A stretch of 35,992 nt of DNA, taken from Methanomicrobiales archaeon. Its GTDB lineage: Archaea > Halobacteriota > Methanomicrobia > Methanomicrobiales > Methanomicrobiaceae. A model generated the notes under the pieces. The model was not told the DNA's origin. It saw nothing but the letters and a program-made list of their open reading frames with translations, and made no database searches. Location of the stretch: assembly GCA_012523385.1 (NCBI GenBank), contig JAAYIO010000034.1, forward strand, positions 1 through 35,992, given 5' to 3'. Positions 1 through 9,328 of the stretch are shown here, in pieces. A program made the position numbers and the translations under genes. The number at the start of each line of letters is the position of its first letter. The first letter of the stretch is position 1.

Positions 1-221
1 CTGTTGAGGCATGGGCCGTCCATCAGGCCGACAACACGAGTGCCATTCTCCATGAGGTGGCATCAGATGTTGAGGATACAAAGCCGGGCGAGAGCCGGTT
101 TGGGTCACGATTTAAAGGACCCGTGTATCGCTATCCTGCACCAGAAGATACGCCTAAGACGTGTCCCCCGGCACCCGAGGTAAAAAGTGCCAAAAAATCA
201 GATCTCTCACCGTGGTTTTAG
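1..221 (+). CDS. 3' end of an HD-domain phosphohydrolase (YhaM-like), cut by the window edge
   Basis: Not in the ORF track. The frame starting at nt 3 is open to TAG at 219-221 and reads VEAWAVHQADNTSAILHEV...DLSPWF. EAxxxHxADN resembles the last motif of YhaM/HD domains. Confidence 0.55.
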   Translation, partial: VEAWAVHQADNTSAILHEVASDVEDTKPGESRFGSRFKGPVYRYPAPEDTPKTCPPAPEVKSAKKSDLSPWF

Positions 222-264
222 TCATCATAATTGTGCCACACCCGTTTTTGAATACACCGCTCAA

Positions 265-298
265 CGGTCACCCGCGTGACTTCCTGACCGCTCTTTTT
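265..298 (+). terminator. Possible terminator after the HD-domain gene
   Basis: CGGTCA (265-270) pairs with TGACCG (285-290); an alternative stem is GTCAC-CCGC-GTGAC (267-280). A T5 run follows at 294-298. Confidence 0.3.
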
Positions 299-451
299 AC
301 CACATTGATTGGTGAAACGTATAATGATGCAATGTGCTCCCTCAGGCAAATATTCAGGTGCAATGACTTTCAAAAAACTCGGGCGATATTTGGGACGTAG
401 CTAATACACAAAAAATAAGAGTAAATCTGGATTTCTGACATTTATACCAAA

Positions 452-1501
452 TTAATAAAATACGTGAACCGCCGCAGCCTTAAATGTCAGATAAACCGTG
501 TCGCCTTCAGCAATTCCAATATCATAAAGTCCCCGTTTTGTAAGAATTGTTATAAACGGTATGCCGACATCAACCTCTATCACTATCATTGACCCATTGT
601 TTGTAATAGACGTAATGATACCCGCAAACGAATTTCTCGCTGAAGAATCAATCGGCATTTTTGAGAGCATAATCTCTTCCGGCCGAACTGATGCATAAAC
701 TTCACCCTCAATATCCTTTGCGGAAGATGAAAATTTCAAATTCCCAACCGTAATGATTGAACTCCCTTTTCCGGAGGTGATGGTACCCCGGAATATATTT
801 TCAGCACCCACAAAACTGGCAGTAAAAGGAGAATTTGGTTTTGAAAACACTTCGTCCGGTTCACCTACCTGAATTATCTCACCATCGTTCATGATAGCCA
901 CCCGGTCTGCAAGGGAAAAGACCTCTTCAAAATTATGGGTTACATGAATAACCGTTGTTTTGTATTTTTGATGTAAAGTGCGGAGTTCTTTTCTGAGATT
1001 ATCCCGGGTTCTCCCGTCAAGAGCACTGAGCGGTTCATCAAGTAACAATATTTTTGGCTTCATAATCAGTGCCCTTGCAATCGCTGTCCGCTGTTTCTCA
1101 CCACCGCTTAATTTAAGGGTGTCTCTTTTTAGGAGATGCGTGATGCCAAGCATCTCAGTCATTTCATGAACACGTCTATCAATCTCTTCAGGACCGGTTT
1201 TTTCCGATTTTAAACCAAATGCAATATTATCATATACCGAGAGATGGGGAAAGAGAACAAAGTCCTGATACACCATAGACACTTTTCTCTTTTTTGGGTC
1301 GAGGAAGGTGATATCCCGCTCATTTAATTCAATAGTCCCCGAATCAGGGAGATATATCCCCGCAATTGCCTCCAGAAGGATGGTTTTTCCGGCGCCGGTT
1401 GGCCCGAGTATGACCATATACTCTCCATCCTCGATGTCCAGAGAGACATTATTAAGATGAAAATCCCCCAATGTTTTTGAAATATCTTTGATACGAAGCA
1501 T
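452..1501 (-). CDS. modC: Molybdate/tungstate ABC transporter ATP-binding subunit (ModC/WtpC) with C-terminal TOBE-like region
   Basis: Walker A GPTGAGKT, signature LSGGEKQR, Walker B LLLDEP, H-loop HVTH, and TOBE-like SARN...FKAAAV. The start overlaps the permease stop. Confidence 0.9.
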   Translation of the reverse strand: MLRIKDISKTLGDFHLNNVSLDIEDGEYMVILGPTGAGKTILLEAIAGIYLPDSGTIELNERDITFLDPKKRKVSMVYQDFVLFPHLSVYDNIAFGLKSEKTGPEEIDRRVHEMTEMLGITHLLKRDTLKLSGGEKQRTAIARALIMKPKILLLDEPLSALDGRTRDNLRKELRTLHQKYKTTVIHVTHNFEEVFSLADRVAIMNDGEIIQVGEPDEVFSKPNSPFTASFVGAENIFRGTITSGKGSSIITVGNLKFSSSAKDIEGEVYASVRPEEIMLSKMPIDSSARNSFAGIITSITNNGSMIVIEVDVGIPFITILTKRGLYDIGIAEGDTVYLTFKAAAVHVFY

Positions 1502-2304
1502 CAGAACATCCCCGAACCGGATTTACCGCCAACCCGCTCAAATAGGAAGAGCGAGACAATGGCAATTATTATCAAAATGGTTGCTGCCGAGGTTGCCAAT
1601 GCAAGATTTCCCGTAGACATATTTAAGAAAACGGCAACCGGAAGGGACTCTGTTTGCATTCTTGTTGCACCTGCAACCAGCAATGCCGCACCAAATTCCC
1701 CTATTCCCCGTGACCAGGTAATAACAGTGGCGGCCATGAATCCATTCTTTGCCATGGGAAGTGTTACCCGCCTAAATGCCTCGAATTCAGAACACCCCAG
1801 AGTTCTCGCAACGTGTTCATACCGCGGGTCAATAGATTCAAAGGTAGATTTCATGATCCTAAGCATAAAAGGCAGGTTAACAAAAAATTGTGCAACAATA
1901 ATGCCTAAAGGTGTGAAAATAAATTCAATTCCTATCTCTGCTAATGCATGACCTATCGGGGTCTGTGCAAACAGTAATAACAGTCCAACACCGGCAATAA
2001 GGGGAGGCAATGCAAGCGGGAGATTCAGAATGGTGTTCAGAAACGCTTTTTCTCTAAAATTATATCGTGCGAGTGCATATGCAGCGGGGACGCCGAAAAG
2101 GATGCAGAAAAAGGTTGATGTGAGAGAGGTTGCAAGAGAAAGATAGATTGCAAATTGAATCTCATCTGAAAAGAGTGAACTGATAAACTGTTCCGGTGAC
2201 GAATACGTCACAATAAGCAAAAGGACAATCAGAATAAAAGCGGTGAGGATGATACCTGCACCAATGCTTATCCTTCGGAGCCACGAATGGCCGCTTTCAC
2301 TCAA
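1501..2304 (-). CDS. modB: Molybdate/tungstate ABC transporter permease (ModB/WtpB)
   Basis: Multiple hydrophobic helices, LPLALPPLIAG, EAA-loop-like YEHVARTLGCS...VTLP and SRGIGEFGA. Confidence 0.9.
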   Translation of the reverse strand: MSESGHSWLRRISIGAGIILTAFILIVLLLIVTYSSPEQFISSLFSDEIQFAIYLSLATSLTSTFFCILFGVPAAYALARYNFREKAFLNTILNLPLALPPLIAGVGLLLLFAQTPIGHALAEIGIEFIFTPLGIIVAQFFVNLPFMLRIMKSTFESIDPRYEHVARTLGCSEFEAFRRVTLPMAKNGFMAATVITWSRGIGEFGAALLVAGATRMQTESLPVAVFLNMSTGNLALATSAATILIIIAIVSLFLFERVGGKSGSGMF

Positions 2305-2842
2305 TGTGAGTTCGCTCCCTGTCTCTTAACTCCCGTGGTGTCGCATTCCATTCTTCGATGTCATCAATATGCTTTTCATCCACCCATCCGCTCTTTACCT
2401 CATCACGGTGATCAAACCGATATACGTAAGGTTTGATATCAAGGAGCGGTGTGCCGTCGAGGATATCAACCGCACTGATTTTGAGACGGTTTCCGTTAAC
2501 CTCCAAGAGGTTGACGATGGAAAAACCAATAGGATTTGGGCGGTTGAAATGGCGTATTGAAAATATGCCTTTCGGACTTTCACAGTCTAAAAAGGGTTCC
2601 TGTATTAATTTTTCCCCGGTCGACTTATGAAAATGATACAGTAATATGAGATGGGAGAATTTCTCAATATCCTTTAATCCTTCAGTGTATTCAGGATAAA
2701 GTTCAATTTCACCTACAGAAGGATTGAATATCCCCTGTATTGGAGTATTTTCCTGTATGGTATGCTCAGAATGGATAACACCTATTGGTGTGTAGACGAT
2801 CTCTTTCCCTTTCCACTCATTGAGACTATTTTCTGAATCCAT
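2297..2842 (-). CDS. TrmO/TsaA (YaeB)-family SAM-binding protein, single-domain
   Basis: PIGVIHS, GLKDIEKFSHLILLYHFH, GIFSIR..NRPNPIG and DILDGTPLLDIKPY family motifs. Overlaps modB by 8 nt. Confidence 0.85.
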   Translation of the reverse strand: MDSENSLNEWKGKEIVYTPIGVIHSEHTIQENTPIQGIFNPSVGEIELYPEYTEGLKDIEKFSHLILLYHFHKSTGEKLIQEPFLDCESPKGIFSIRHFNRPNPIGFSIVNLLEVNGNRLKISAVDILDGTPLLDIKPYVYRFDHRDEVKSGWVDEKHIDDIEEWNATPRELRDRERTHIE

Positions 2843-2911
2843 TATGTATTCCTTCTACCTACAGTTCTGTAAATAGTGAGATAATAACTGTTCTGAAGCG
2901 ACAAAAAAGGG

Positions 2912-3709
2912 TTAGTTTTCATATTTATCGTTTGGATATATGACGAATCCGTGTTTTGCAAAGATTGCCTTTCCGCCATCATCTGCTTTCATAAATTCTA
3001 TGAACGCTACTGCAACGTCAGGCTGTTTCGAGAAGGTAAGACTCCCCACAGGAACCGTTTTGATTACGTTCAATTCATTGGGGATTTTGATAATCTCCAT
3101 TGTTTCAGGATTATACAGTTCCTCCCAGATAATTGAGCCATCTGCCTGTCCAAGCATAATGTCAGTTACCAGTTCGTTTGCGGTTGTTCTTCTCCCGATA
3201 ACATTCTTGCTCGCAGCATCTTTAATTCCGGCTTTGGTAAATATTTGATTCGCCAGTTTTCCCAGAGGCATGGCCTCGGGGTCTCCCAGTACCAATTTGA
3301 CACCTGGTTTCGCGAGGTCCTCGAGTGATTCAATTCCTGCAGGATTGCCTTTTGGCGTAACAATCACCGGTATATGGTAGGCGAGTATTGCTTCTTCTGC
3401 AATGAATCCCTTAGCTTTTGCCTCATCGAAGTCCATTGACGCACCCGGAAGATACACATCACCTTTTTTGGTGAGTTCCATCTGGGCTAAGAGATGACCT
3501 GAACCTGCAAAGTTATAGGTGACCGGGATGCCGGTTTTTTCTTGAAATGCAATCCCTGTCTCTTCCATCGGAATTCTCATTCCCGCACCGCAATAGACCA
3601 GAATTGGATCTTTTTCTACCGCAGTATCATCTGAAGCGATGCATCCACACACAAGCGCCGCACCGCACAAGAACAGTGCTATCAGGATAGTCGAAGTTAG
3701 TAGCCTCAT
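2912..3709 (-). CDS. modA: Molybdate/tungstate ABC transporter substrate-binding lipoprotein (ModA-like)
   Basis: Hydrophobic N-terminus ending in CGC (lipobox-like), then YCGAGMR, FAGSGHLLAQM, GDVYLPG and KGNPAGIESLEDLA. ATG at 3709 is preferred over the track's TTG at 3733. Confidence 0.85.
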   Translation of the reverse strand: MRLLTSTILIALFLCGAALVCGCIASDDTAVEKDPILVYCGAGMRIPMEETGIAFQEKTGIPVTYNFAGSGHLLAQMELTKKGDVYLPGASMDFDEAKAKGFIAEEAILAYHIPVIVTPKGNPAGIESLEDLAKPGVKLVLGDPEAMPLGKLANQIFTKAGIKDAASKNVIGRRTTANELVTDIMLGQADGSIIWEELYNPETMEIIKIPNELNVIKTVPVGSLTFSKQPDVAVAFIEFMKADDGGKAIFAKHGFVIYPNDKYEN

Positions 3710-3772
3710 TGTATGATTATTATCTTTATTCAAATAATTAATAGGTTCTTTTTTGTTATCATTATTGACACG

Positions 3773-3864
3773 ATAAATAACTAAGTTAATTAACTATAAT
3801 TAACTAAATCGAGGATTTTATTCCGGATTATACGTATATGATCGAAATTTCATCATGCATGAAA
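3773..3864. promoter_or_regulatory. Putative modA promoter/operator region
   Basis: Perfect palindrome AGTTAATTAACT (3784-3795), tandem TAATTAACTA x2 (3787-3806) and inverted repeat TTTCAT-N5-ATGAAA (3848-3864). Confidence 0.4.
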
Positions 3865-3903
3865 CGGTATCGTTCGAAAAAAAGGATACTCAGAAAGATC
3901 CCG

Positions 3904-5769
3904 TCAGGGCAGTGTCCGTACGGTGCCCGTCAATGTGAGATCATATCCCCCCCGTGCCTCAAGCGCTTCTGCAAAAATCGGAGATGAGATTGCATCCACA
4001 AGAGCAGACATCAGAGGATTCGAGAGCATTGACTTCCGGAAAACGAGTTCATAGCGTTCCTTCGCAATTGGTACAAACTCAAGTCCGTATTGAACGGAAG
4101 TCAAATAGTTGCAGATGCCCGCATCAGCAGTGCCGGTCTTCACCGCTTCTGCTACGGCGAGATCACTGTTTACCTCATGCGTATATCCTTTAATTGTGAC
4201 TGGGTCAATACCACTATCTTTGAGTGCCAGATCAAAGAGTGTCCTTGAATCAGCACCAAGTTGACGGTTGATGAAGGTAACCTCAGTGAGATCCTTTAGC
4301 GTAACGGGATTCATTGAATCTTTTGAGACAATGCCCTGCTGAATCTCTGCAATGGTCACCAGTATCAGTTCCTCTTCCGGCAGATAGGTGATGAGGTCCG
4401 GGATATTATACTCACCATCTTGTGAGAGCATGTGCATCGGTGCAGCGTGGCAAACATTCTTTCGGAGTGCAAGAATGCCGCCCATATTTCCCTCATTCGC
4501 TATATGGAGTTTCACGCCATCTTTTTTCACGATGTTTGCCAGATGCCCAAGTGCCGGGTCATTCCACCCCGTGATGAATAAGGACGAATCGATGGTGGAC
4601 GAATCACCCGTCAGGACTACGGATACTTCAGTGCCCTCATCTATTCCCTCAAGCTGAGGGGGGATGTGCACATAGGCATTTGCACGCACCGGTGCCATCT
4701 GCACACCCGCACCCCTTGACTGTTGTGACCCAAGATAATGATCCTCAAAGCGCCCAACGGTCAAAAGCACAAATTCATCAAATCCCACGTCAGATGTCAG
4801 GGACTGGGCAAGCCTGACCTTCATGGTTTTTATCTCCGGAGACGGGAATCCCCATGCATTAAGAAGAGGGGCAACGAGTTCACGGAGCACTGCCTGAGCG
4901 GCTAGCGGATATCCAGGAAGACCAATAATAGGTTTATTATCAATTTTGCCAAGAATCACCGGCTTACCCGGTTTGATTGCCACACCATGAAAGAGAAGCT
5001 CTCCGAGTTCTTTGATCACTCCGGCAGTAAAGTCACGAGTACCCGCAGAAGAACCGGCAGAGACCACGAGCATATCATTCTCTGAAATCCCTTTGATAAT
5101 CGCCTCCCGAATCTTTTCCGGAACATCCGGCGTAATCGGATACCGCTTTGGTCTGGCACCGTGTTCTGCAAACCACGCATACGCCATACCCGTGTTACTC
5201 TCTACCACCTGACCGGGTTTTGGACGGGTACCAGGCATCACCAGTTCGCTCCCTGTCGGAATAAGCCCGACACGGACCATCCGTACCAGCGGGTCGGTGA
5301 TCCCGTATGTCCCAAGGGCACCGGTATCAAACGCACGGATGGTATGACCGGCCTGCAAGATCAGTTCTCCGGACCGGATGTCCTCACCAGCGGGCCGCAC
5401 ATTCTGCCACGGTCGGGCGGATTTTCGGACGATACATGTTCCATCCTTTTCCCAGATGTCCTCAATTAACACCAGTGAATCAAATTCAGTAGGGACAACA
5501 TTTCCGGTATTCAACCGCAAAAAATCGTTAATGATAACGGGGTGCTGTTCACTTGCACCTGCTGTGTCACCACTCCGCATGGCAATCCCATCCATGGCAG
5601 CTAAATTTACCTCAGGAACAGAATAGGGCGCAAATACAGGAACAGCCGTCACCCTGCCAACAGACTCAAACACGGGAACGGTCTCAGACATTTTTGGATC
5701 GGGAAATTCAGATGTAATGATCGATACCGCCTCTTCAAGCGATCGCTGAGAGAGATACCGGATTACCAC
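3904..5769 (-). CDS. moeA: Molybdopterin molybdo/tungstotransferase MoeA fused to a C-terminal PBP/LysR-substrate-binding-like domain
   Basis: AAMDGIA, NVRPAGEDI, PTGSEL, SAGSSAGTRDF, HGVAIKPGKP and GLPGYP, followed by about 230 aa with GNMGGILAL, FINRQLGADSR and ERYELV. The GTG start overlaps the upstream moeA stop. Confidence 0.9.
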   Translation of the reverse strand: MVIRYLSQRSLEEAVSIITSEFPDPKMSETVPVFESVGRVTAVPVFAPYSVPEVNLAAMDGIAMRSGDTAGASEQHPVIINDFLRLNTGNVVPTEFDSLVLIEDIWEKDGTCIVRKSARPWQNVRPAGEDIRSGELILQAGHTIRAFDTGALGTYGITDPLVRMVRVGLIPTGSELVMPGTRPKPGQVVESNTGMAYAWFAEHGARPKRYPITPDVPEKIREAIIKGISENDMLVVSAGSSAGTRDFTAGVIKELGELLFHGVAIKPGKPVILGKIDNKPIIGLPGYPLAAQAVLRELVAPLLNAWGFPSPEIKTMKVRLAQSLTSDVGFDEFVLLTVGRFEDHYLGSQQSRGAGVQMAPVRANAYVHIPPQLEGIDEGTEVSVVLTGDSSTIDSSLFITGWNDPALGHLANIVKKDGVKLHIANEGNMGGILALRKNVCHAAPMHMLSQDGEYNIPDLITYLPEEELILVTIAEIQQGIVSKDSMNPVTLKDLTEVTFINRQLGADSRTLFDLALKDSGIDPVTIKGYTHEVNSDLAVAEAVKTGTADAGICNYLTSVQYGLEFVPIAKERYELVFRKSMLSNPLMSALVDAISSPIFAEALEARGGYDLTLTGTVRTLP

Positions 5770-6971
5770 AGCATGACCTCCACAATTTCACCTTCTTCGA
5801 GCCCTTCACATCCGGCGGGGATTTTTATTACGCCGTCACTCTCTGCAATCGTATTCAAGAGACCCGACTTGCCAAAGAGAGGCACTGCCATTCCATCTTT
5901 ATTGAGATGAATACGGACATACTCCTCACGGCCTTTCTCAGACGGGATATTCTCGAAAAGGACGGCTTTTCTTGACTGAGCAAGGGCGGATGAATGACCA
6001 ACCATGACAGCAAAGAGGTGGCGAATAACGACGTTTAAGACCATGACAACCGCTGCTGGATGCCCCGGAATCCCTATCACCGGTGTAGTTCCTATGCGCC
6101 CGATGACCGTTGGCTTTCCCGGTGCAAGGGCAATCCCGTGGGCAAAAATCTCACCAACATCTTCCATAGCAACTGCAGTGACATCGTTTTTGTCTTTGGA
6201 ACTCCCCCCACTGATAAGAACAAGATCGCATTCAGAAGCAGCCTCACAGAGAAGATTTTTCATTGCCTCAACATCATCACGGACGATGCCATAGTCAACC
6301 GCAATCCCCCCATGCTTCTGCACATATGCACCGCACAGATAGGTATTCACATTACGCACCTGCCCAATGGCAGGCACGGTATCCACCGAGACAATTTCAA
6401 TACCCGTTGAAATAATACCTACCCGTGGTTTTCCCCGGACACACACAGATGTTGCTCCAACTGCCGCAAGCACGCCAATATCCTGGGGAGAGAGACGCCT
6501 GCCACCACGAAAGACTACCTTCCCTCGGGAGAAGTCTTCATTCTTCAGAATGACATTCTCCCCTACCGATGCGGGCCGCTTAATCAAAACACGATCACGC
6601 ACCTCCTCGGAGTGCTCAATCATAATCACTGCATCAGCACCGAGGGGCATCTGCCCTCCTGTGGGAATGTAGATGGCCTCGCCGGACTTCATGGAGAGTC
6701 TTTCTCCCGAACCCATCTGGATACGTCCCTTAATGGTCAGCATTGTGGGTTGTGCATCAGTGGCACTAACACTATCCGATGCAACAACCGCATACCCGTC
6801 TTTCCAGGAGCGGTCAAATCCCGGGATATCGATGTCAGAAACAACGTCACCTGAGAGAACCCGGTCACATGCATCCATAAGAGGCACAACTTCGCTTTCC
6901 ATCGGAGGAGCTATCTTTTTCATCAGGCCAATAGCGTCATCAACGGAGATCAGATTGAAAAATACACTCAT
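5763..6971 (-). CDS. moeA: Molybdopterin molybdo/tungstotransferase MoeA (short form)
   Basis: PGFDRSWKDGYAV, IPTGGQMPLGADAV, SGGSS, HGIALAPGKPT and GIPGHP. ATG at 6971 (ATGA overlap with the small upstream gene) is preferred over 6992. Confidence 0.9.
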   Translation of the reverse strand: MSVFFNLISVDDAIGLMKKIAPPMESEVVPLMDACDRVLSGDVVSDIDIPGFDRSWKDGYAVVASDSVSATDAQPTMLTIKGRIQMGSGERLSMKSGEAIYIPTGGQMPLGADAVIMIEHSEEVRDRVLIKRPASVGENVILKNEDFSRGKVVFRGGRRLSPQDIGVLAAVGATSVCVRGKPRVGIISTGIEIVSVDTVPAIGQVRNVNTYLCGAYVQKHGGIAVDYGIVRDDVEAMKNLLCEAASECDLVLISGGSSKDKNDVTAVAMEDVGEIFAHGIALAPGKPTVIGRIGTTPVIGIPGHPAAVVMVLNVVIRHLFAVMVGHSSALAQSRKAVLFENIPSEKGREEYVRIHLNKDGMAVPLFGKSGLLNTIAESDGVIKIPAGCEGLEEGEIVEVMLW

Positions 6972-7153
6972 ATAAAGCAACCCAACTGGCATCCGCGTAG
7001 TTTGATCTGATGAGCATTACAGTAGTGGCCAATATCTTTCAGAGGGATATCATATTTTGTAGCTATCTCAAAAGCATGGGAACAGGTTAAAACATCCTGA
7101 ATATTTTCACCTTGAAAAATTTCACGAATTTTTTGCTTATAGGCTCTATCCAT
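6968..7153 (-). CDS. Small four-cysteine protein with C-terminal CQLGCF motif, copy 1
   Basis: 61 aa; ATGA overlap with moeA; a clear paralog at 34773-34955 supports coding status. Confidence 0.8.
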   Translation of the reverse strand: MDRAYKQKIREIFQGENIQDVLTCSHAFEIATKYDIPLKDIGHYCNAHQIKLRGCQLGCFI

Positions 7154-7380
7154 AAAGGAGTTCTGATGTACATCGTATTAAAATATGGGTTATTATCTAA
7201 ACTTCTGAATTTGCAGAGAGTCTAAAGGACAGGAAACAAACCATAATGAAACAGACGTTGGCCGAGATAAAAATCTTCAATACCAAGAGTCAAAGAGGAA
7301 AGAGAAAACGTCACACAAAAATGCAGAAAATTTATCCCAATTATATCAAATTACGGATTGGCTCTACCATCTACCTTGGT

Positions 7381-9084
7381 TTACCCTTTTCTGACCAGAT
7401 CATAGATTTTGGTGAGCACCTGAACATCATCCATCAGGGTAGTATCAAGCACACTCTTTAACCACATGGGGACAGAATCCAATCGATATCCGGTTCCTTC
7501 AGCATCAATTCCCACTGAGGCCACTGGGATCTGGACATCCGCCAGAGCCGTACTCAAGGCAATGAATGGATCAATCACCACCGTGGGGATCTTTGCAAGC
7601 CATTCATTGCACTCACGCGGGAAGTGTGCCCCCGGGTCTGAACCAATGATAATACAGGAATCAACCTCTTTATTTTTCAGCATGTCAACTGCCGAGGTCT
7701 CCCCGGGATTGTAGAAACTAACACCGCGGGAGTAGTCAATTGCATAGGGATACCCCGCGAGGTAGGCAAATGTCTGATTTGTCCCATAGACATTCCAGTG
7801 TCCACGCATTGGTGTCAGAGTAAATTTCGTGTGGCGGTTGAGTTCAGCGACCAGTTCTATTGCATTACGGACATTTTTGTATTTACCCGGTGACTGAGTA
7901 AGACCAATACCGGTGAAAACCGCCCCAAACTTTGCATTCTTACAGGTCTCTGCAAGACGGAAGAGGGTTTCACGTTTGACCCCGGCGACAACCGCTGGAA
8001 CCACATCGCCTTTCCCACGAACGATGGCACGTAATGCCCCAAATACCGCATAATCACCACCGGGTTTAATCTGGATGAATTCATCTGCCGCACGGGCGGT
8101 TTCCGTATTTCTGATATCAACGACTATCACCTTTCGGTCCTTTCTTCCATTCTCCACAAAGTAACCGTCAGGATACGTGGTATACCGACTCATGTGACGA
8201 GGATGAGACTCCAACGGATTTGCACCCCAGTAGATGATAAGATCCGCCCTGTTCTTGACCTGTCCAAGAGTGCATCCCGGATGACCGACTTCCTGAATGG
8301 CCATGATAGAAGGCCCATGACAGATAGAAGAACAGTTATCTATCGTTCCGCTCACCGCCTCGGCAATGTTAATGCCGAGGCATTGTGCTTCACAGGATGT
8401 GCCACTCCATCCAAAGAGGAGGGGACGTTCAGATTCAAGAAGCATGTCAGCGGTGAATTGAATGGCTTCATCATAACTGATATCATTCCATTTTCCACCG
8501 GATTTCTTCACCGGATTCATCAAACGTCCCCGGGCAGTGTACTTCCCGGCGGAGAGAAGACACCCATTTTCAATGGAATCAACCTGATTATTTTTTATAT
8601 TGGCCGTGAGATCATCGCAAAGACACCCACACAGAGAACAGGTGACATCATGTATTACAACATCAGCCTTTGCGATGGTCGGACACTGAGAACCCGAGAG
8701 CCCAAGACGCAGACCGCCTTCATCTTCAAGCAAGTCCCAAGTAGGACGAATCGGTTGGTCGGTGGGGGTGACCTCCACATCTATCCATTTATAATCAGGC
8801 GCACCGGTGCCGTGGGTATGCGAGTGGAGAATATAATTTGCATGAGGTCCACAGGGGAGAAAGTCCATACCTACCTGAACATCCTCATTCGAGATCACTT
8901 TGAATACCGTTTCACCGGTAACACTCTTTATCAGCACATGCTCGCCATTCTCGACATTCATCTCAAAAAGATCTAAAGGATGAATAAAACAGCAGGAGGT
9001 TTCCTCAGTATACTCACGACTATCCTTGGAATATAGTTGGGCTCCCTGCTGGATAGTGCGCCCACTTGTAACAATTAATTTCAT
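7381..9084 (-). CDS. Formylmethanofuran dehydrogenase subunit D-subunit B fusion (second catalytic module)
   Basis: The N-terminal ~110 aa are FwdD-like (SGRTIQQG...GPHAN...THGTGAPDYK). FwdB motifs follow in the same frame: CSLCGCLCDD, SSICHGPS, CTLGQVKNRAD, HPRHMSRY, PMRGHWNV. ATG at 9084 is preferred over GTG at 9096. Confidence 0.88.
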   Translation of the reverse strand: MKLIVTSGRTIQQGAQLYSKDSREYTEETSCCFIHPLDLFEMNVENGEHVLIKSVTGETVFKVISNEDVQVGMDFLPCGPHANYILHSHTHGTGAPDYKWIDVEVTPTDQPIRPTWDLLEDEGGLRLGLSGSQCPTIAKADVVIHDVTCSLCGCLCDDLTANIKNNQVDSIENGCLLSAGKYTARGRLMNPVKKSGGKWNDISYDEAIQFTADMLLESERPLLFGWSGTSCEAQCLGINIAEAVSGTIDNCSSICHGPSIMAIQEVGHPGCTLGQVKNRADLIIYWGANPLESHPRHMSRYTTYPDGYFVENGRKDRKVIVVDIRNTETARAADEFIQIKPGGDYAVFGALRAIVRGKGDVVPAVVAGVKRETLFRLAETCKNAKFGAVFTGIGLTQSPGKYKNVRNAIELVAELNRHTKFTLTPMRGHWNVYGTNQTFAYLAGYPYAIDYSRGVSFYNPGETSAVDMLKNKEVDSCIIIGSDPGAHFPRECNEWLAKIPTVVIDPFIALSTALADVQIPVASVGIDAEGTGYRLDSVPMWLKSVLDTTLMDDVQVLTKIYDLVRKG

Positions 9085-9328
9085 TGCGCCTACCACTACT
9101 ACCTAATTGTCCTTATGTTCTGCTTACCATTAGAGATTCCTATTCAAACATACCTATCTGCGAAAGTAAGTATCAAAATATCATTATCAGCGCTGCTTTA
9201 GCTTCCGTTAATTATGTCAACCAAGTTTAATTTACTATTCAGAAAATAACCGTAATATATTTTATGCCCCACACCTAAGTTAAAATATCCCGATTGATTA
9301 TTCGGAGTAATTAACCCATAGTGATGAA

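Noticed and set aside
161-400. 79-aa ORF on the plus strand
   Set aside because: GTG start, overlaps the end of the HD-domain frame and has no recognisable motifs.
7246-7461. 71-aa basic ORF on the plus strand
   Set aside because: Purine-rich spacer read-through running antisense into the fwdDB end; no motifs.
8194-8976. 260-aa antisense ORF
   Set aside because: Lies wholly opposite the well-supported fwdDB fusion; no protein-like features.
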